From sequence record NC_047923.1: DNA of 39,482 nt. One strand, 5' to 3'. This stretch comes from Escherichia phage HZ2R8. The notes beneath the pieces were generated by a model. That model saw only the letters and a list, made by a program, of their open reading frames with translations, had not been told where the DNA came from and ran no database searches. The position numbers and the translations under genes are program-made. Of the stretch, positions 37,599 through 39,482 are shown piece after piece (the stretch's first letter is position 1; each line of letters starts with the position of its first letter).

Positions 37599-39434
37599 AT
37601 GGCTAACGTAATTAAGACCGTTTTGACTTACCAGTTAGATGGTTCGAATCGAGATTTTAACATCCCGTTTGAATATCTAGCCCGTAAGTTTGTAGTGGTA
37701 ACTCTCATTGGTGTTGACCGTAAGGTCCTCACACTCAATACAGATTATCGCTTTGCTACGCGTACTACTATCTCGCTAACCAAATCTTGGGGACCTGCGG
37801 ATGGTTACACTACCATTGAGCTGCGCCGAGTAACCTCCACGACTGACCGTCTGGTTGACTTTACGGATGGCTCGATCCTGCGTGCGTATGACCTTAACGT
37901 GGCTCAGATTCAGACTATGCATGTGGCAGAAGAGGCCCGTGACTTAACTGCTGATACTATTGGTGTCAACAATGATGGTCACTTGGATGCCCGTGGTCGT
38001 CGTATCGTGAACCTAGCGAACGCTGTGGATGACCGTGACGCTGTTCCGCTTGGTCAACTAAAGACGATGAACCAGAACTCTTGGCAAGCTCGCAATGAGA
38101 CTCTACAGTTCCGTAATGACGCTGAGGGTTTCCGTAATGACGCTGAGCGGTTCATGAACTCTGCTAGTGCTTCGTCTGATTCGGCTAACTCCGCTAAGGA
38201 TGCGGCCCATCAATCCAACGTGGAAGCGTATCAACATCGCCTTGCTGCGGAAACAGCTAAGACCGCTGCTCAGCAGTCAAACGTAGAGTCGTACACTTGG
38301 TCTAATAAGTCCAAGGAGTACGCCGAGTCTGCCTCTATGGATGCTGCGAAAGCTGAGCAACAAGCTAACCGCGCTAAGACCGAGGCTGACAAACTAGCTA
38401 ATACCAACGCGTTTGCTGCTACCTTGAAGACAGTTCAGGGTGGGACCGTTGAGTGGCACAAAGAGTGGGGACTCAAGGCTAACAGCTTCGATGCACTCAG
38501 TGATATTACTGCCCTAAACGGTACGATGAACTCTATGGACGTTCGAGCGTCTCGTAACGTAGCAGTAGCTGGTGTGACTTACCCTCAGGGGGGCATTCAG
38601 CAGACTATCGGTACTAACCAGTGGAACCATCTTGTACGGCTGCATATTAACGGTAGACCAAGCTGGGTGGGGGATAAACAAGGACTCCACTTAGCATGGA
38701 ACGAGAATGGAAGTGGTGAGGCAGACTTAATCTGCAACCAAGGTGCTGGGGCTGGAGGCTTCCTCTTTAGGACTGTGAACGACAAGGACAACGTAGAGAT
38801 TGGTCGTGTCACCTTTACTGGTGCTGGTGCTGTGCACGCTAACCACTTCCAAGTCGGCCATAGTCGCATGGAGTCCAACGGGAACGTAGTGGCTGGTAGC
38901 GTACTGTATGCTGGGAATGGTTCCAGTCAAATGGCTCCAGACGGGAACGTCCATGGTCCTCTTTGGGGCGGCTGGCTGTCCAGCTACCTGAACAATAGGT
39001 ACCTTTTCGCTAAGCCGCCTGGAGGGGTTCAGTTATTTACCTCTCGCGGTGGGGACTACCTTGAGGGCGTTGTGGATAACCAAGCCGTTGGGTTCCGGTG
39101 GTTCCTATCAGACAGAAGGCTTAAGGAAAACATAAATGTTCTACGCTCAGCCGACGATATGCTAAATATCATCCGGTCGTACATCCCAGTCACGTACAAG
39201 TATAAGGATTCGGAGTATACTGATAACCGTGGGAGAACTATTACTGTTACTGGTAAGAAGTCTCGTGCAGGCTTCATTACTCAGGACTTGATTAGAATCT
39301 GGCCCGAAGCAGTGGATGTTCTATCGGACGGTATGCAGTCCCCAGACCCTAACCAAATCATCGGTGGACTAATGCTTCTTGTTAAGAACCTAGATGAGCG
39401 GGTTCAGGAGCTAGAGAAGAAGAATAACGTTTAA
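37599..39434 (+). CDS. 17: Tail fiber protein (gp17), mosaic with C-terminal intramolecular chaperone (S74-like) domain
   Basis: 611-aa ORF; N-terminal ~160 aa match the T7 gp17 tail-attachment region; the distal part does not match what I recall of T7; C-terminal ~108 aa from SDRRLKENI carry the chaperone-of-endosialidase signature (YKYKD, GFITQD, PEAV, LxxLxERVQELE). Confidence 0.9.
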   Translation: MANVIKTVLTYQLDGSNRDFNIPFEYLARKFVVVTLIGVDRKVLTLNTDYRFATRTTISLTKSWGPADGYTTIELRRVTSTTDRLVDFTDGSILRAYDLNVAQIQTMHVAEEARDLTADTIGVNNDGHLDARGRRIVNLANAVDDRDAVPLGQLKTMNQNSWQARNETLQFRNDAEGFRNDAERFMNSASASSDSANSAKDAAHQSNVEAYQHRLAAETAKTAAQQSNVESYTWSNKSKEYAESASMDAAKAEQQANRAKTEADKLANTNAFAATLKTVQGGTVEWHKEWGLKANSFDALSDITALNGTMNSMDVRASRNVAVAGVTYPQGGIQQTIGTNQWNHLVRLHINGRPSWVGDKQGLHLAWNENGSGEADLICNQGAGAGGFLFRTVNDKDNVEIGRVTFTGAGAVHANHFQVGHSRMESNGNVVAGSVLYAGNGSSQMAPDGNVHGPLWGGWLSSYLNNRYLFAKPPGGVQLFTSRGGDYLEGVVDNQAVGFRWFLSDRRLKENINVLRSADDMLNIIRSYIPVTYKYKDSEYTDNRGRTITVTGKKSRAGFITQDLIRIWPEAVDVLSDGMQSPDPNQIIGGLMLLVKNLDERVQELEKKNNV

Positions 39435-39482
39435 GGATGACACCTGATTGAGACCAAGGATGGTCTTTAATAAGGAGGAGAC
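39423..39482. repeat. 60-bp exact duplicate of window positions 1-60 (circular-permutation / assembly overlap)
   Basis: AATAACGTTTAAGGATGACACCTGATTGAGACCAAGGATGGTCTTTAATAAGGAGGAGAC present at both window ends; contains the gene 17 stop and the gene 17.5 SD. Confidence 0.9.

Overview
This window is an essentially complete genome (about 39.4 kb unique) of a T7-like lytic podophage, assembled in circularly permuted form. It opens at gene 17.5 (holin) and closes at gene 17 (tail fiber); window positions 1-60 are repeated exactly at 39423-39482, which I read as an assembly overlap. The physical genome ends and direct terminal repeat sit inside the window at about 3885-4038, between gene 19.5 and the early promoters. 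All supported genes are on the + strand in canonical T7 order, with 17 phage-RNAP promoters, the Tphi and TE terminators and RNase III hairpins. Comparisons to T7 are from my memory of the T7 sequence and could not be aligned here. I see no CRISPR array, tRNA or rRNA gene, integrase, or multi-gene defence system. The content not explained by the canonical T7 layout is: (1) an extra HNH endonuclease between the large terminase gene and phiOR; (2) an endonuclease VII-like gene in the early region bracketed by a duplicated RNase III hairpin; (3) a roughly 147-bp insertion carrying a fourth strong sigma70-type promoter; (4) a mosaic tail fiber with a non-T7 distal region and a C-terminal intramolecular-chaperone (S74-like) domain; (5) a tRNA T-arm-like fold at the 5' end of the phi9 transcript. 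Minus-strand ORFs in the track are treated as antisense shadows.
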